From contig CBDBDQ010000005.1 of the NCBI GenBank assembly GCA_965203905.1, positions 6,816,001 to 6,880,000 on the forward strand: DNA of 64,000 nucleotides, given 5' to 3'. Every line of letters begins with the position of its first letter. Within the stretch, counting starts at the first letter, position 1. A program made the position numbers and the translations under genes. The stretch comes from Spirochaetia bacterium (lineage in GTDB: Bacteria; Spirochaetota; Spirochaetia; SZUA-6; Bin103). The notes beneath the pieces are model-generated. The model was not told where the DNA came from. It ran no database searches and saw nothing but the letters and a program-made list of their open reading frames with translations. Positions 28,851 through 38,982 of the stretch are shown in pieces.

Positions 28851-28909
28851 TCTATGGCGCGACCCGGCTGCCGTCTACCTTGCGGTTGGGGTCGGCGGGC
28901 GCCGCGTCG
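28851..28909 (-). repeat. Remnant of the 3' end of the repeat-protein gene at 46312
   Basis: Near-identical to 46311-46369; encodes DAAPADPNRKVDGSRVAP* versus DAAPADATRKVDGSRTAP*. Confidence 0.75.
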
Positions 28910-29156
28910 ATAATCCGCAATGAGCCCTACTGACACCGCGACTTTGCGATACTGGAGACAATCATCGATCATGAATGCACGGAAGGGGGAGTAATGGGAC
29001 GGGAACCGAACCGGCGACTCGACATGGATGGCGCTTGGAACGTCCGGGACCTAGGCGGTTACGCCACGGCAGATGGGCGTCACGTCAGGTGGCGCACCTT
29101 CTTCCGCGCCGACAGCCTCCATAGGCTGACGAAGAGAGACCAACAAGTGCTGCTAA

Positions 29157-30465
29157 GGAGTCTCGCCAAAATAAGCTGGTCTTTTAGTCACTGTCGGGGA
29201 GTCAGCATGTAGTTCCATTCGCCGTGAAACCGATCGCGCTTCAGATTCAGTGCCTGCATCTGTTCGTCGCTCACCGTCTGCCCCGTCGGGTAGCTGTTGT
29301 GGTCCAACTCCGAGCGGATCGTCAAGCCGCTCCTGGTTCTCGTGTGGCCGATCAGGTTCACCACCACCTGCCGGCTCACCAGCGGTCGCCCGCGCCAGTT
29401 CTCGGTGATGTGACAGAACATCCGATGCTCGATCTTGTTCCACTTGCTGGTCCCCGGCGGAAAGTGACACACCGAGATGCGCAGCCCCGTGGCATCGGCG
29501 AACTGCTGCAACTCCACCTTCCACAGCCGACTGCGACTGCTGTTGGAACCGCCCCCGTCGGCCGTGATCAGCAACCGCCGCGCCTGTGGATACGCCATAT
29601 GGCCCATCCTCTGCCACCACCTCCGCAGTGTCTCCACGGCGAATACCGCGGTGTCGTGATCCTCCCCCACGCTCACCCAGCCGGTGTCACCGGTCACGTC
29701 GTAGATCCCGTACGGAATCGCCTTGCCGAGCGTCTTATCCACGAAATCGTGCACCTTGACGCGCTCCGGTTGGCCCTTCGGGCGCCACTCTCGACCCCCG
29801 TTGCGGTACTCGCCCACCAACTCCTTTTTCTTGGTGTCAACAGAAACTACCGGCTGCCGCAGAGCCTGAAACGCGCGCACCCTCCGGTTGATGTGCTTGA
29901 ACTGCGCATCGCGGTCGACATGCTGCGTGCCTTCCAGCGTCTTGCGGTTGGCCTGCAGGCTGTAGCCCAACTCATGCAACAGCCGGTTCACGGTCCGCTC
30001 GCTCACCGGGTGACCGGCCGCCTGCAGTTCCTCGGCCAGCCGCGCCGCGCTACTGCAGGTCCACAGCAACGGCCCCATCGGGTCGCCGCGGGTGACCGGG
30101 TCGACCAACCGCTCCAGCGCCTGTGTCAACTTCGGGTCGCGGGCGGTCAACGGCTTACGGCCTGCGCCGGGTCGTCGCTGGCGTCCGCTGTTGGCTTGTG
30201 CCCCTGCTGCTGCGCCGGCATCCAGTTCCTTCAGCCCGGCGTGAATGGTGGTCCGCGAGATCCCGGTGGCGGCTGCCACACAGGCGATGCCGCCACGGCC
30301 CAGCAGGCGCGCCTCCACCGCAGCCCAGCGGCGCCGGAGGCGCTCGTCAAACAATGGATTCAGGGCTGCGAACTTGGTCTTGACCGCTTGGGTGAGAATT
30401 GGGTCCACTACGTCTGAGTAGATTATCGGCTACTCCTTTCGACCACTTTATTTTGGCGAGATCCC
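29157..30465 (-). mobile_element. ISAzo13-family insertion sequence, complete
   Basis: Terminal IRs GGAGTCTCGCCAAAATAA / GGGATCTCGCCAAAATAA (16/18); 3-bp TAA target duplication (29154-56, 30466-68); single transposase. Confidence 0.92.
29188..30408 (-). CDS. ISAzo13-family DDE transposase
   Basis: RGDPMGPLLWT, SVDTKKKE, HDT, LLITADGGGSN, PPGTSKWNKIEHR, FHGEWNY. Confidence 0.95.
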   Translation of the reverse strand: MDPILTQAVKTKFAALNPLFDERLRRRWAAVEARLLGRGGIACVAAATGISRTTIHAGLKELDAGAAAGAQANSGRQRRPGAGRKPLTARDPKLTQALERLVDPVTRGDPMGPLLWTCSSAARLAEELQAAGHPVSERTVNRLLHELGYSLQANRKTLEGTQHVDRDAQFKHINRRVRAFQALRQPVVSVDTKKKELVGEYRNGGREWRPKGQPERVKVHDFVDKTLGKAIPYGIYDVTGDTGWVSVGEDHDTAVFAVETLRRWWQRMGHMAYPQARRLLITADGGGSNSSRSRLWKVELQQFADATGLRISVCHFPPGTSKWNKIEHRMFCHITENWRGRPLVSRQVVVNLIGHTRTRSGLTIRSELDHNSYPTGQTVSDEQMQALNLKRDRFHGEWNYMLTPRQ

Positions 30466-31101
30466 TAAGGCATCGGCTACGCTCTGTCATCGACCTCCGC
30501 CAGTCCCACGAGCTTGCGGTCTTCCCCAACGTCTTAGCCGATTCGACAGAGGTGAGCTATCACCACCACAACGTGGTCGGTGACGAGCCGCCTCCCGATC
30601 CTCCTGTGGTGGGCACGCCTGCGGACCAGATATTCGCCTCCTACTCCCCCTGGCTCAGGCACCGCCAGGCGCAGATCGGCAGGGTACTGGCAACGATGGC
30701 CGAGCCGGGGGCCCTGCCTGCCATGTACCACTGTGCCGGCGGCAAGGACCGGACCGGTGTGATAAGCGCGCTGCTCCTGGAGATCGCCGGGGTGCCTGAT
30801 GAGACCATCGCTCAAGACTACGGTCTCACGGCCAGGTTCTTGTGGGAGCGCTTTCAGGTCGAGCCGCTGGAGGTCGAGATCAGAGCCCAAGTCGAGAGCT
30901 GGCGGGACTACCAGCGCGAGTTCTGCCCGCCCGACGGCATGCTCAAGGTGTTGGGGTACCTCAAGACGGAGTATGGAGGAGCGGAGGGCTATGCCCGCTC
31001 CGCTGGACTCACCGACCGGCAGATCGAAAGCCTTCGCAAGGCCCTCGTCGAGTAGGTGGGCCGTGGCCGGGCCGGGCCTCAGGCCAGCAGCGCCTGCTCG
31101 A

Positions 31102-32028
31102 ATGGACCTGGTCGTGGGCCAAGCGGTACAGCTGCCGCTGTGCAGGCACGGGCTCGTCGGGTCCGGCATGGAATGTCCGTGAGAAGTCGGTGTAGTAGCC
31201 GTGGCAGCCGACGACATCGGTATCGAGTGCTACGAGTTCGTTGGGCTGGATCACCCTCGACGCCGCTTCCTGGAACCACGGGTTGGTCCGTGGCCCCGAT
31301 GACAGCAAGCGTGTCTCGCAGTACTCGCCGTTGCCGGCAATGACGGACTTGTGCAGCACCGACCACAGCTCGTTCTCCGTCAGACCAGGCGCGAGAGCGT
31401 CACGCATATCGGCCACGGCGCGCTCGGTCATGCGCACCGACGCCCTGATGCATTGGATCTCACCCGGGGACTTGATGGCCCGTGCCATTTCCACCGGTTC
31501 CTGCGCATCCACCAGCACATGACCATGCGCTTGCAGGGCAATCGCCGCTCCCGCATTCATCCGTTCGATGCCCACCCGGTGTTGACCCGGCTCCAGCAGC
31601 TGCCGCAGCAACTGCGCCATCTGCGCCGCCCACGTACGCTCGCGCTCACCGATGTCCGGCCCGGCGGCCACGTAGCTGGCCGTCAGCGCCGGTCGTACTT
31701 CGTCGATGGTGTCGAGCCCGGCCGCGAGGTGCTCGCACCCGGTGAACTCGAACAGGATCGAACGGTCCCCGGTGAGTACGAGATAGCGGGACGGGGCGTT
31801 GCGGGACGTGAAGACCTGCATGTTCCGGCTGCCGCTGGCATATCGAATGTTGACGGAATCGCTGAGGATGACGGCGCCGATGCCCCTGGCGGCCATCTCG
31901 GCGCGCACGCGCTGCTGCCGGTAGCGGCGCACTGCAGCGAGATCGATGCCGTCACTTTCGGGTGCCACGTCCAGCAGCGCTGGCCACGATTGCTCCCCTC
32001 GGGGCTCGAAGTCGGGTGTGCCGTTCAC
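31102..32028 (-). pseudogene. M24-family (DddP/Xaa-Pro peptidase-like) gene, 3'-truncated
   Basis: NIRYASGSRNMQ, ETRLLSSGPRTNPWFQE, ALDTDVVG...DFSRT. Similarity stops after HDQVH, and the C-terminal His/Glu ligand region is absent. Confidence 0.75.
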
Positions 32029-32172
32029 TCGGCGGCTCCTCCGGGATCCCGCAGTCGGGCCATCACGGCCATCACCATGAGCGCGCCCTGGGACTCACGA
32101 ACGCCTTGTGACACAGGGCAGTGCAGGCTAAACTGTGCCCGGATTCGACGCAACCGGAGGTGGGGCGCCACC

Positions 32173-33204
32173 GTGGTCTCAACGAAGCAAGCGGTCCTCC
32201 GCGGGCCGCAGGATCTCCACATCGAAGACCGCGATCTGGACACCGACAATCTCGGCTCGCACGAGCTTTGGATCGATACCGAGATCTCTGCGCTCAAGAT
32301 CGGTACCGACCGGGGAAACTACGAAGGCGCGGCCTACGGGCTCAACAAGGCGGCCTACCCGCGCTTCGTTGGCGACAGTACCGTTGGCATCGTGCGAGGT
32401 GTGGGCAGCGAGGTCTCGCGCTTTGAGGTCGGCGACCGCGTTGCATACCGATCAGGTCACGGCTCCGGGCACATATACGATGAGCGCCGACACATCGCGA
32501 AGGTCCCCGACGAGGTGGAGCCCGAGGACGCCGTGTGGGCCCACCTCTATACCCTCAGCGGCTTGTGCTATCGCAAGGCCAATTTCGCGCCGGGCGAGAA
32601 CGTCGCCGTAGTCGGACTGGGAGTCCTCGGACTGGGTGCCGTGGCGTTGGGCCCGCTCTTCGGGGGTCGGGTAGTTGGCCTGGCGAACAGCCCCATCCGC
32701 ATGGAGATGGCGATGAAGATGGGTGCCCACGCGGCCTATCTGTCCGACGATCCCGATCTGCAGGCCAAGTTGGACGAGTTCACCAGCGGCGTCGGCATCG
32801 ACCTGGTGATCCTCACTGCGAATCCCTGGCCTGCCTACCGGACGTCCGTACAGATCGTCCGGAATGGCGGCAGGGTCTCCATAGTCAGCCTCCTCGGCCG
32901 TGGCGAGCCGGAGCTCGACTTCAACCCACTGGTGCTGGACTGGTTCTACGACAAAGGTATCTCTCTGATCGCGGTCAACGGCACCGCCGGCTACCTGTTT
33001 CCAGGTGACCCGCACGAGCCCGAGCGCTTCTCATGGAACAACTCCTGCGCGCACATCCTGTCATTGATGGCCGACGGCAAGCTGGAGCCCAAGAAGCTCG
33101 TAACCCACCGTCTACACTACTCAGAGATCAAGAAGGCCTACGACATGGCCTACGATCGACAAAAGACCATGCTCGGCGTCATCTTCGACTGGCGCGGCGC
33201 CTAG
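32173..33204 (+). CDS. Medium-chain dehydrogenase/reductase (zinc-binding ADH superfamily)
   Basis: VGSEVSRFEVGDRV, VVGLGVLG, LVTHR; SD GGAGGT before GTG 32173. Confidence 0.85.
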   Translation: MVSTKQAVLRGPQDLHIEDRDLDTDNLGSHELWIDTEISALKIGTDRGNYEGAAYGLNKAAYPRFVGDSTVGIVRGVGSEVSRFEVGDRVAYRSGHGSGHIYDERRHIAKVPDEVEPEDAVWAHLYTLSGLCYRKANFAPGENVAVVGLGVLGLGAVALGPLFGGRVVGLANSPIRMEMAMKMGAHAAYLSDDPDLQAKLDEFTSGVGIDLVILTANPWPAYRTSVQIVRNGGRVSIVSLLGRGEPELDFNPLVLDWFYDKGISLIAVNGTAGYLFPGDPHEPERFSWNNSCAHILSLMADGKLEPKKLVTHRLHYSEIKKAYDMAYDRQKTMLGVIFDWRGA

Positions 33205-33236
33205 CCTGACGGCAGCACTCGACAAGGAGGAGCACC

Positions 33237-34565
33237 GTGAGCAGCTACCGCTACAAAGGCGTCAAGAAGTCCCTCGAGACCTACCAGCGTGCCGGCCAGG
33301 TCATACCGGGGTACACCCAGCTCAGGAGCAGGCTCGCCAGCGGGTTCGCCGAAGGCGTCAGCCCGATCTACGCCGACCACGCCAAGGGCTCGCGCTTCGT
33401 AGACATCGACGGCAATCAGTTCATCGACTGGGTCAACGCCGTCAGCGCCATCATCCTGGGCCACCATGACGACGTTGTCGACGACGCCGTCAAGGAGCAG
33501 ATCGACCGAGGTAGCATCTACACCGTCAACAGTCCCAAGGAGGTCGAGCTGGCTGATGAGCTGATCGACACGATCCCGAGCGCCGAGATGGTCAAGTACG
33601 GTAAGGGGGGCGGCGACGCCTGCGCCATGGCAGCGAGGATCGCACGAGGCGCAACAGGCAAGGACATCATCCTCTTCTCCGGCTACCACGGGTGGCACGA
33701 CTGGTACCAGTCCGCCAACCATCTGGACTTTCCGGACCTGGTGACCGGGGTAGGGAGCAAGGGCGTACCCAAGGCCTTCGCCGGGACAGCCATTCCCTTC
33801 GGCGAGGCTGACATGGACAGGCTCCAGGACCTCTTCAAGGAGCACAAAGGTGAGGTCGCCGCGGTGATGATGGAGCCGGTCCGCTCCACCGATCCTCCCG
33901 CAGGCTACCTCGAGGCCGTCAAGAGCCTGTGCCACGAGAACGACGCCATCCTCATCTTCGATGAGGTCTCCTGTGGCTGGCGCCTCGCCATCGGAGGCGC
34001 CCAGGAGTACTACGGCGTCACTCCAGACATGACCGTCGTCGCCAAGTGCATCTCCAACGGCTACCCGATGGGCGCGGTCGTCGGCAAACGCGAGTTCATG
34101 CAGCCTGCCGAGGACATGTTCATATCCAGCTCCTCCTGGTCCGATAACATCGGTCTGACTGCCTCGATAACTACTATTCGAGAGTTGAAGCGGCGCAACT
34201 CGCCCCCCAGGTTCAAGGAGATCGGCGAGAACATCCGCGCCGCGATCAAAGAGGCGGTAGACGACGTCGGCATCTCGGGTGACGTGGTCGGCCTCTTCAA
34301 CTCGCCACGGCTGCACCTCGACCTTCCCGACGAGTCGCTCCGGCCCAAGGTGACTACGCTGTTCATCCAGGAGATGGCGAAGCGAGGTATCCACACCTCC
34401 GGCGGCTTCATGGCGACACTGGCGCACACCAACGAGGACATCAGTATCACCGCCGAGGCGGCTCGCGAGTCCCTGGAAGTCATCCGAAGCGGCCTGGAAG
34501 GCGGCCTCGACCATCTCCTCGAAGCCAGCGAACAGCGCTCCGCCATACAGCGCATCGTCCGCTAG
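33237..34565 (+). CDS. Class III PLP aminotransferase (glutamate-1-semialdehyde aminomutase-like)
   Basis: DIDGNQFID, GYHGW, MEP, LIFDEV, AKCISNGYP (PLP lysine); SD AAGGAGG. Confidence 0.9.
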   Translation: MSSYRYKGVKKSLETYQRAGQVIPGYTQLRSRLASGFAEGVSPIYADHAKGSRFVDIDGNQFIDWVNAVSAIILGHHDDVVDDAVKEQIDRGSIYTVNSPKEVELADELIDTIPSAEMVKYGKGGGDACAMAARIARGATGKDIILFSGYHGWHDWYQSANHLDFPDLVTGVGSKGVPKAFAGTAIPFGEADMDRLQDLFKEHKGEVAAVMMEPVRSTDPPAGYLEAVKSLCHENDAILIFDEVSCGWRLAIGGAQEYYGVTPDMTVVAKCISNGYPMGAVVGKREFMQPAEDMFISSSSWSDNIGLTASITTIRELKRRNSPPRFKEIGENIRAAIKEAVDDVGISGDVVGLFNSPRLHLDLPDESLRPKVTTLFIQEMAKRGIHTSGGFMATLAHTNEDISITAEAARESLEVIRSGLEGGLDHLLEASEQRSAIQRIVR

Positions 34566-34610
34566 GAGTCTGTCGGATTGGCGCGTCAGCGGCAGGTCCG
34601 ACAGGACTCC
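34565..34610. terminator. Hairpin between convergent genes (terminator or REP-like)
   Basis: GGAGTCTGTCGGA ... TCCGACAGGACTCC: arms pair with a 1-nt bulge, directly after the aminotransferase stop. Confidence 0.4.
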
Positions 34611-34718
34611 GTACGGTAGGCGGGGCTGGGCCGAAAGCGACGCCGCAAGGCGGCGGTTTCGGGGCGCTAGCACCGCGGAAGTTCGGCGTTCGCAGGAACT
34701 CTTCGATCGGGTAGGTCC

Positions 34719-35576
34719 TCACACCTGGATTCGGTACGACACCACCTCGATGTTCTCGTGATCGGACGATCTCGCGACACGCAGTGCGTGCTCACTCACC
34801 GGCAGGTAGCGATAGGTCTCAGCGCCGCCGGCGATGAATCCCTCGGCGTAGCTGCACTTGCCACCGGAACCGAAGGCGCCGTCGCTGGTCTCGATCCGCT
34901 TGCGCGCGTAGGCGCCAGCGTAGCCCTGGCTCTGCAGACAGTCCAATGCCGCCAGCTTCTTCTCGACAACGTCGCTGATATCGATGAAGACGTCGTTGGT
35001 GTACCCGCCGCTTGCGTCCCAGAGGCCACTACGCACCGCGGCGGCGCCGGTCCCGAAGTAGAACACCCGCGCGGCGCGGTGCGGAGGGTTGGTGTCGCCG
35101 GGATCGACCCCGGCCGCGAGTGACAGCGCGTGGAGTACGACCTGCCCCGCTATCGCGTGCGGATTGGTGACGCCGTTACCTTCCTTCGGGAAGTGGGTAA
35201 GCACCACATCCGGCTTCAGCTTGCGGAACTCCGATGCCAGCCTGCGAACGAGGTCGGGCGTCACCAGCAGCACCGCGTCGTCGGCACCGAAGAAGATCAC
35301 GTTCTCGACACCGAGGATGCGGCACGCCGAAATCGTCTCCGCAGCCTTCACATCCGCGCGCTCCCCCATTGTTGCCCGTAACTCGTCCGCCTCCGGCACG
35401 CGCTCGGCGTGGAACATGGCATCGCTAATCACCCTGTCGTGCACCCGCGCGCCGTGGGTGAGGACGACGCATCCAACCCAGTCGCCGCGCTCCACATGGT
35501 GCGCCATCGTCCCGCCTGACTGATCGAAGATGTCGGCAGGATGCGCGCCGACCGACAGGATCCGCAGCTCACTCAT
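34719..35576 (-). CDS. PIG-L/LmbE family deacetylase
   Basis: ILSVGAHPAD..GGT, KPDVVLTH, IDISDVVEKK..AL...SQ, YAEGF. Confidence 0.85.
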   Translation of the reverse strand: MSELRILSVGAHPADIFDQSGGTMAHHVERGDWVGCVVLTHGARVHDRVISDAMFHAERVPEADELRATMGERADVKAAETISACRILGVENVIFFGADDAVLLVTPDLVRRLASEFRKLKPDVVLTHFPKEGNGVTNPHAIAGQVVLHALSLAAGVDPGDTNPPHRAARVFYFGTGAAAVRSGLWDASGGYTNDVFIDISDVVEKKLAALDCLQSQGYAGAYARKRIETSDGAFGSGGKCSYAEGFIAGGAETYRYLPVSEHALRVARSSDHENIEVVSYRIQV

Positions 35577-35876
35577 ATCGGCATTATAGCGGTGGCCGGC
35601 GTCTATATCTCGTCCATCCACACCACCCGCTCGGCGGCGGAATCGGAGCTCGGTGCGTCACTGCCCACGCCACCCCGGGTACGCGAGCGCCGATGCGCGT
35701 AGCGAGTCGCAGGAACGACGCCGCCACTTCCATCGGATTGCGGGATCGGGCCGTCCGCTGCTGGGAACCGCTCGCTCCATGCTGCTCTCCGTGGCGCAGC
35801 CCTGGCCGGGGGAGCCCCGATGACGCTGGCCGACCACGTTCTGACCCATGCCACGTTCAAACGAGGGAGGGGTAGG

Positions 35877-35904
35877 TTGACAACCCACGGATACGCTCTA
35901 CACT
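35877..35904 (+). promoter_or_regulatory. Sigma70-like promoter upstream of the PHP gene
   Basis: TTGACA (35877-82)-16 nt-TACACT (35899-904), followed by a CGGTC...GACCG dyad. Confidence 0.5.
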
Positions 35905-36021
35905 ACTTTTCGGTCTGTCCAACCGACCGGGGCCACCACCGAGCAACGCGATGGTGGAAAAATATTGAGGGGTCTTCGGGATGACACACGGAAAACGGCG
36001 TCAACGTGACGCGAAGATTTC

Positions 36022-36849
36022 ATGAGAAAAGCAGATCTGCACCTACACACGCATGCGTCGTCGGACGCATCGTTCGATCCGGAGGAGGTCTTCAGTATCG
36101 CCAAGGCACGAGGACTGACCGCGTTGACCTTCAGCGACCACGACAACACCGACAGCACTGCGGAAGGCCAACGGCTTGCGCCCATATACGACGTGGCGTT
36201 TCTGCCGGGCATCGAGATCACCAGCTCCTGGCGCGGGGAAGAGGCCCACGTCTTGGGCTTTTTCCTCGATGGCCCGCTTCCTTCTCTGGCCGATTTTCTG
36301 GTTAACAAAATCTGGTCGGTGAGAAGACAGTACAATCTCGCCGTGCTCGAATACGTGCAGAGGCAAGGCACCGGAGTGACCATCGCTGAGCACGAGGCCA
36401 AGGTGGTGGGTCAGGAACGTTCCGAATCGACGGAGTTGTATCAGCTGCTGCTGAAAAAAGGCGTTGTGTCGAGTCAGAGAGCGTTTATGGCCTTGCGAAA
36501 GGAGTCCGGCGTCCTGCTTCGCAAGCCGCCGATTCCGGAGGCCATCCAGGCTTGTCACGAGGCTGGCGGCATTGCTGTGGTGGCTCATCCCGGCCATGAT
36601 ACTGGGGCGGTTTTCACCTTCGACGAAGACAATCTGGCTGCTCTGGCCGCCCAAGGACTCAACGGTGTTGAGGTGTCCCATCCCGCGCACACCGAGGCCC
36701 AAGAGGACCATTACGCACAGATTGCAGATCGCCTGGGACTGGTCAAGACCGGTGGTTCGGACATGCACGTACCCCGCCCGGAGCCTCAAAAACTGGTCGG
36801 CGGCACGTACTGCGACTGGGATGAGGTGCTCCAGTACCTGCAACGCTAG
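36022..36849 (+). CDS. PHP domain metal-dependent phosphoesterase (TrpH/YciV-like)
   Basis: DLHLHTHASSD, SDHD, PGIEI, HVLG, AHPG, GGSDMH. Confidence 0.9.
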   Translation: MRKADLHLHTHASSDASFDPEEVFSIAKARGLTALTFSDHDNTDSTAEGQRLAPIYDVAFLPGIEITSSWRGEEAHVLGFFLDGPLPSLADFLVNKIWSVRRQYNLAVLEYVQRQGTGVTIAEHEAKVVGQERSESTELYQLLLKKGVVSSQRAFMALRKESGVLLRKPPIPEAIQACHEAGGIAVVAHPGHDTGAVFTFDEDNLAALAAQGLNGVEVSHPAHTEAQEDHYAQIADRLGLVKTGGSDMHVPRPEPQKLVGGTYCDWDEVLQYLQR

Positions 36850-36925
36850 TCCCTTGTGACGGTTCAGTAGCAAGTAACTCGATCCGAGTCGAATCCCTCG
36901 GTCCGTCGCGCCTGGCAGATTTCGA

Positions 36926-37963
36926 TTATTCTTGTACTCCCAGAAGATCAAGCGTATCGGCAAAATGGCAGGCTACGTAATGGGCATGTTCTTCATCAGC
37001 ACTGATATTCATAAAGGGAGGCTCTCGATCTTTACAAATCGTTTCAGCATACCTACAGCGCGGATGGAAATAACACCCTGACGGAGGATTGGCCGGATCA
37101 GCAATATCGCCTTCCAGCAGCATCTTCTCCTTCTTGTACCGTGGATCGGATTTGGGCACCGCCGATATCAGAGCTTCGGTATAAGGATGTTTGGGATTGA
37201 GAAACAACTCGTTCTTGGGGGCCAGTTCGACTATCTTGCCCACATACATGATCGCCACCCGGTCACTGACATACCTCACCGCAGCCAGACTGTGGGCAAT
37301 GAAAAGATACGTCAAATGAAGCTCGTGTTGCAGTTCTTTCAAGAGATTCAAGACCTGAGCCTGCATGGAGACGTCCAGCGCAGATACCGGCTCATCAGCG
37401 ACAATGAATTTGGGTCTCAGAGCCAGCGCCCGGGCGATGGCGACCCGCTGTCTTTGACCACCACTGAAGGCATGTGGATACCTATCCATATACTCAGGAT
37501 CAAGCCGTGCCATCTCCAGCAGGGTGGCGACTTCGTTTCTCAGATCTCGCCTGTTGGCAGTGATCTTATGAATAATCAAGGGCTCGGCCACGATATCCAT
37601 GATCGTCATGCGCGGGTTCAGCGACGAGTAGGGGTCCTGAAAGATCATCGCCATACTCTTTCGCACTTCCCTGAGCTCATCCCTATCAAGACCGGCCATA
37701 TTGATTGGTTTCTCGTCCCTGCTCATTTGAAAGGTAACCTCACCGGCGGTGGGTTCAATCGCGCGCAGGATACATCTTCCCGTGGTGGTCTTACCACAGC
37801 CACTTTCTCCAACCAAGCCCAGGGTCTCGCCCTCTTCAATGAAGAAGTTGATCCTGTCCACTGCTTTGACCACACCCACAGCTCTTTTTCTCAGGGCGCC
37901 CCTGGTACGAAGAAATTCCTTTTCTAGATCCTTTACCTTGAGCAGGATATTGCGATCGTTCAT
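36926..37963 (-). CDS. Oligopeptide ABC ATP-binding protein (DppF/OppF-like)
   Basis: [36 protein letters not shown]. Confidence 0.93.
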   Translation of the reverse strand: MNDRNILLKVKDLEKEFLRTRGALRKRAVGVVKAVDRINFFIEEGETLGLVGESGCGKTTTGRCILRAIEPTAGEVTFQMSRDEKPINMAGLDRDELREVRKSMAMIFQDPYSSLNPRMTIMDIVAEPLIIHKITANRRDLRNEVATLLEMARLDPEYMDRYPHAFSGGQRQRVAIARALALRPKFIVADEPVSALDVSMQAQVLNLLKELQHELHLTYLFIAHSLAAVRYVSDRVAIMYVGKIVELAPKNELFLNPKHPYTEALISAVPKSDPRYKKEKMLLEGDIADPANPPSGCYFHPRCRYAETICKDREPPFMNISADEEHAHYVACHFADTLDLLGVQE

Positions 37964-37970
37964 CAGGTCC

Positions 37971-38972
37971 CTATTCGTACAAGAAACAGGCCACCTTGTG
38001 GCCCTTCTCCACTTCCGCAAACGGCGGTTCCTGGTTGTCGCATAGCCCCTCCATGAACTGGGGACAGCGACGATGAAACATGCAACCCTTTGGTAAATCA
38101 TAGGGTGAAGGGAGCGAGCCGGTCATCGGAATGATCTTCTCATCCGGGTCAGCCGTTAGCTTGGGAATCGAATGGAGCAATCCCTTGGTATATGGGTGGA
38201 GGGGATTATGGAAGATTTCATCTACCGAGGCATGCTCCACATCTTTGCCCAAATAGAGCATGATAAGCACCTTGTCTGCTAACTCGGCAATGACTGCCAG
38301 ATCGTGTGTGATGATAATGAGGCCCATGTTCAGCTCTTGCTGCAGGTCCTTGACGAGACTCAAGACCTGGGCCTGAATCGTCACATCAACGGCCGTGGTC
38401 GGCTCATCAGCAATAAGCAGACTGGGCTGACAGGAAAGAGCCATAGCGATCATCGCTCGCTGGCGCATTCCTCCGCTCAAGTTGAAAGGATAGGCATCGA
38501 TCATCTCCGCCGGTTTGGGCATCCCGACTTTTCTTAACAGCTCAACCGCCCTACTCTTCGCGGCAGAGCGCGAGAGCTGTTGATGCAGCCTGACGACTTC
38601 CACGATTTGACTGCCAATGGTGTGAACGGGTGAGAAAGAAGTCATCGGCTCCTGAAAGATCATCGCGATCTCGGCTCCCCGGATAGCCCGCATCTCCTTG
38701 CCGTCGGGATTCAGCTGCACGAGGTCGACAAATCCTCTGTCATGCAGGTTAAAGAGGATCTTCCCGCCCACGATCTTGCCCCCCTGGGGGACAAGTCGCA
38801 GGATGGACTGGGCAGTAATACTCTTTCCGCAGCCACTATCTCCGACGATCCCGAGGGTCTCACCCCGCTTCAGCTCAAAACTGGAGTCATCCACGACTTT
38901 GAGCGTTCCTTCTTTTGAGGAGAAATGGGTCTTCAGGCCCTCAACCTTCAATAGCACATCACGGTTCTGCAC
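37971..38972 (-). CDS. Oligopeptide ABC ATP-binding protein (DppD/OppD-like)
   Basis: [31 protein letters not shown]. Confidence 0.93.
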   Translation of the reverse strand: MQNRDVLLKVEGLKTHFSSKEGTLKVVDDSSFELKRGETLGIVGDSGCGKSITAQSILRLVPQGGKIVGGKILFNLHDRGFVDLVQLNPDGKEMRAIRGAEIAMIFQEPMTSFSPVHTIGSQIVEVVRLHQQLSRSAAKSRAVELLRKVGMPKPAEMIDAYPFNLSGGMRQRAMIAMALSCQPSLLIADEPTTAVDVTIQAQVLSLVKDLQQELNMGLIIITHDLAVIAELADKVLIMLYLGKDVEHASVDEIFHNPLHPYTKGLLHSIPKLTADPDEKIIPMTGSLPSPYDLPKGCMFHRRCPQFMEGLCDNQEPPFAEVEKGHKVACFLYE

Positions 38973-38982
38973 CTCGCTCTCC

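Larger units (their letters stand above)
28994..31055 (+). pseudogene. Tyrosine-protein phosphatase (Y_phosphatase3) interrupted by an ISAzo13-family element
   Basis: 5' part GAWNVRDLGGY..FFRAD (28994-29156); 3' part VIDLR...HCAGGKDRTG (30469-31055). Removing the IS and one TAA restores a 249-aa frame. Confidence 0.9.

Noticed and set aside
31351-32172. Long N-terminal extension of the dehydrogenase ORF (617 aa)
   Set aside because: Overlaps the M24 gene on the opposite strand; SD and homology support a start at 32173.
33237-34565. Calling the aminotransferase hemL
   Set aside because: The context is catabolic and similarity is only family-level; no tetrapyrrole genes nearby.
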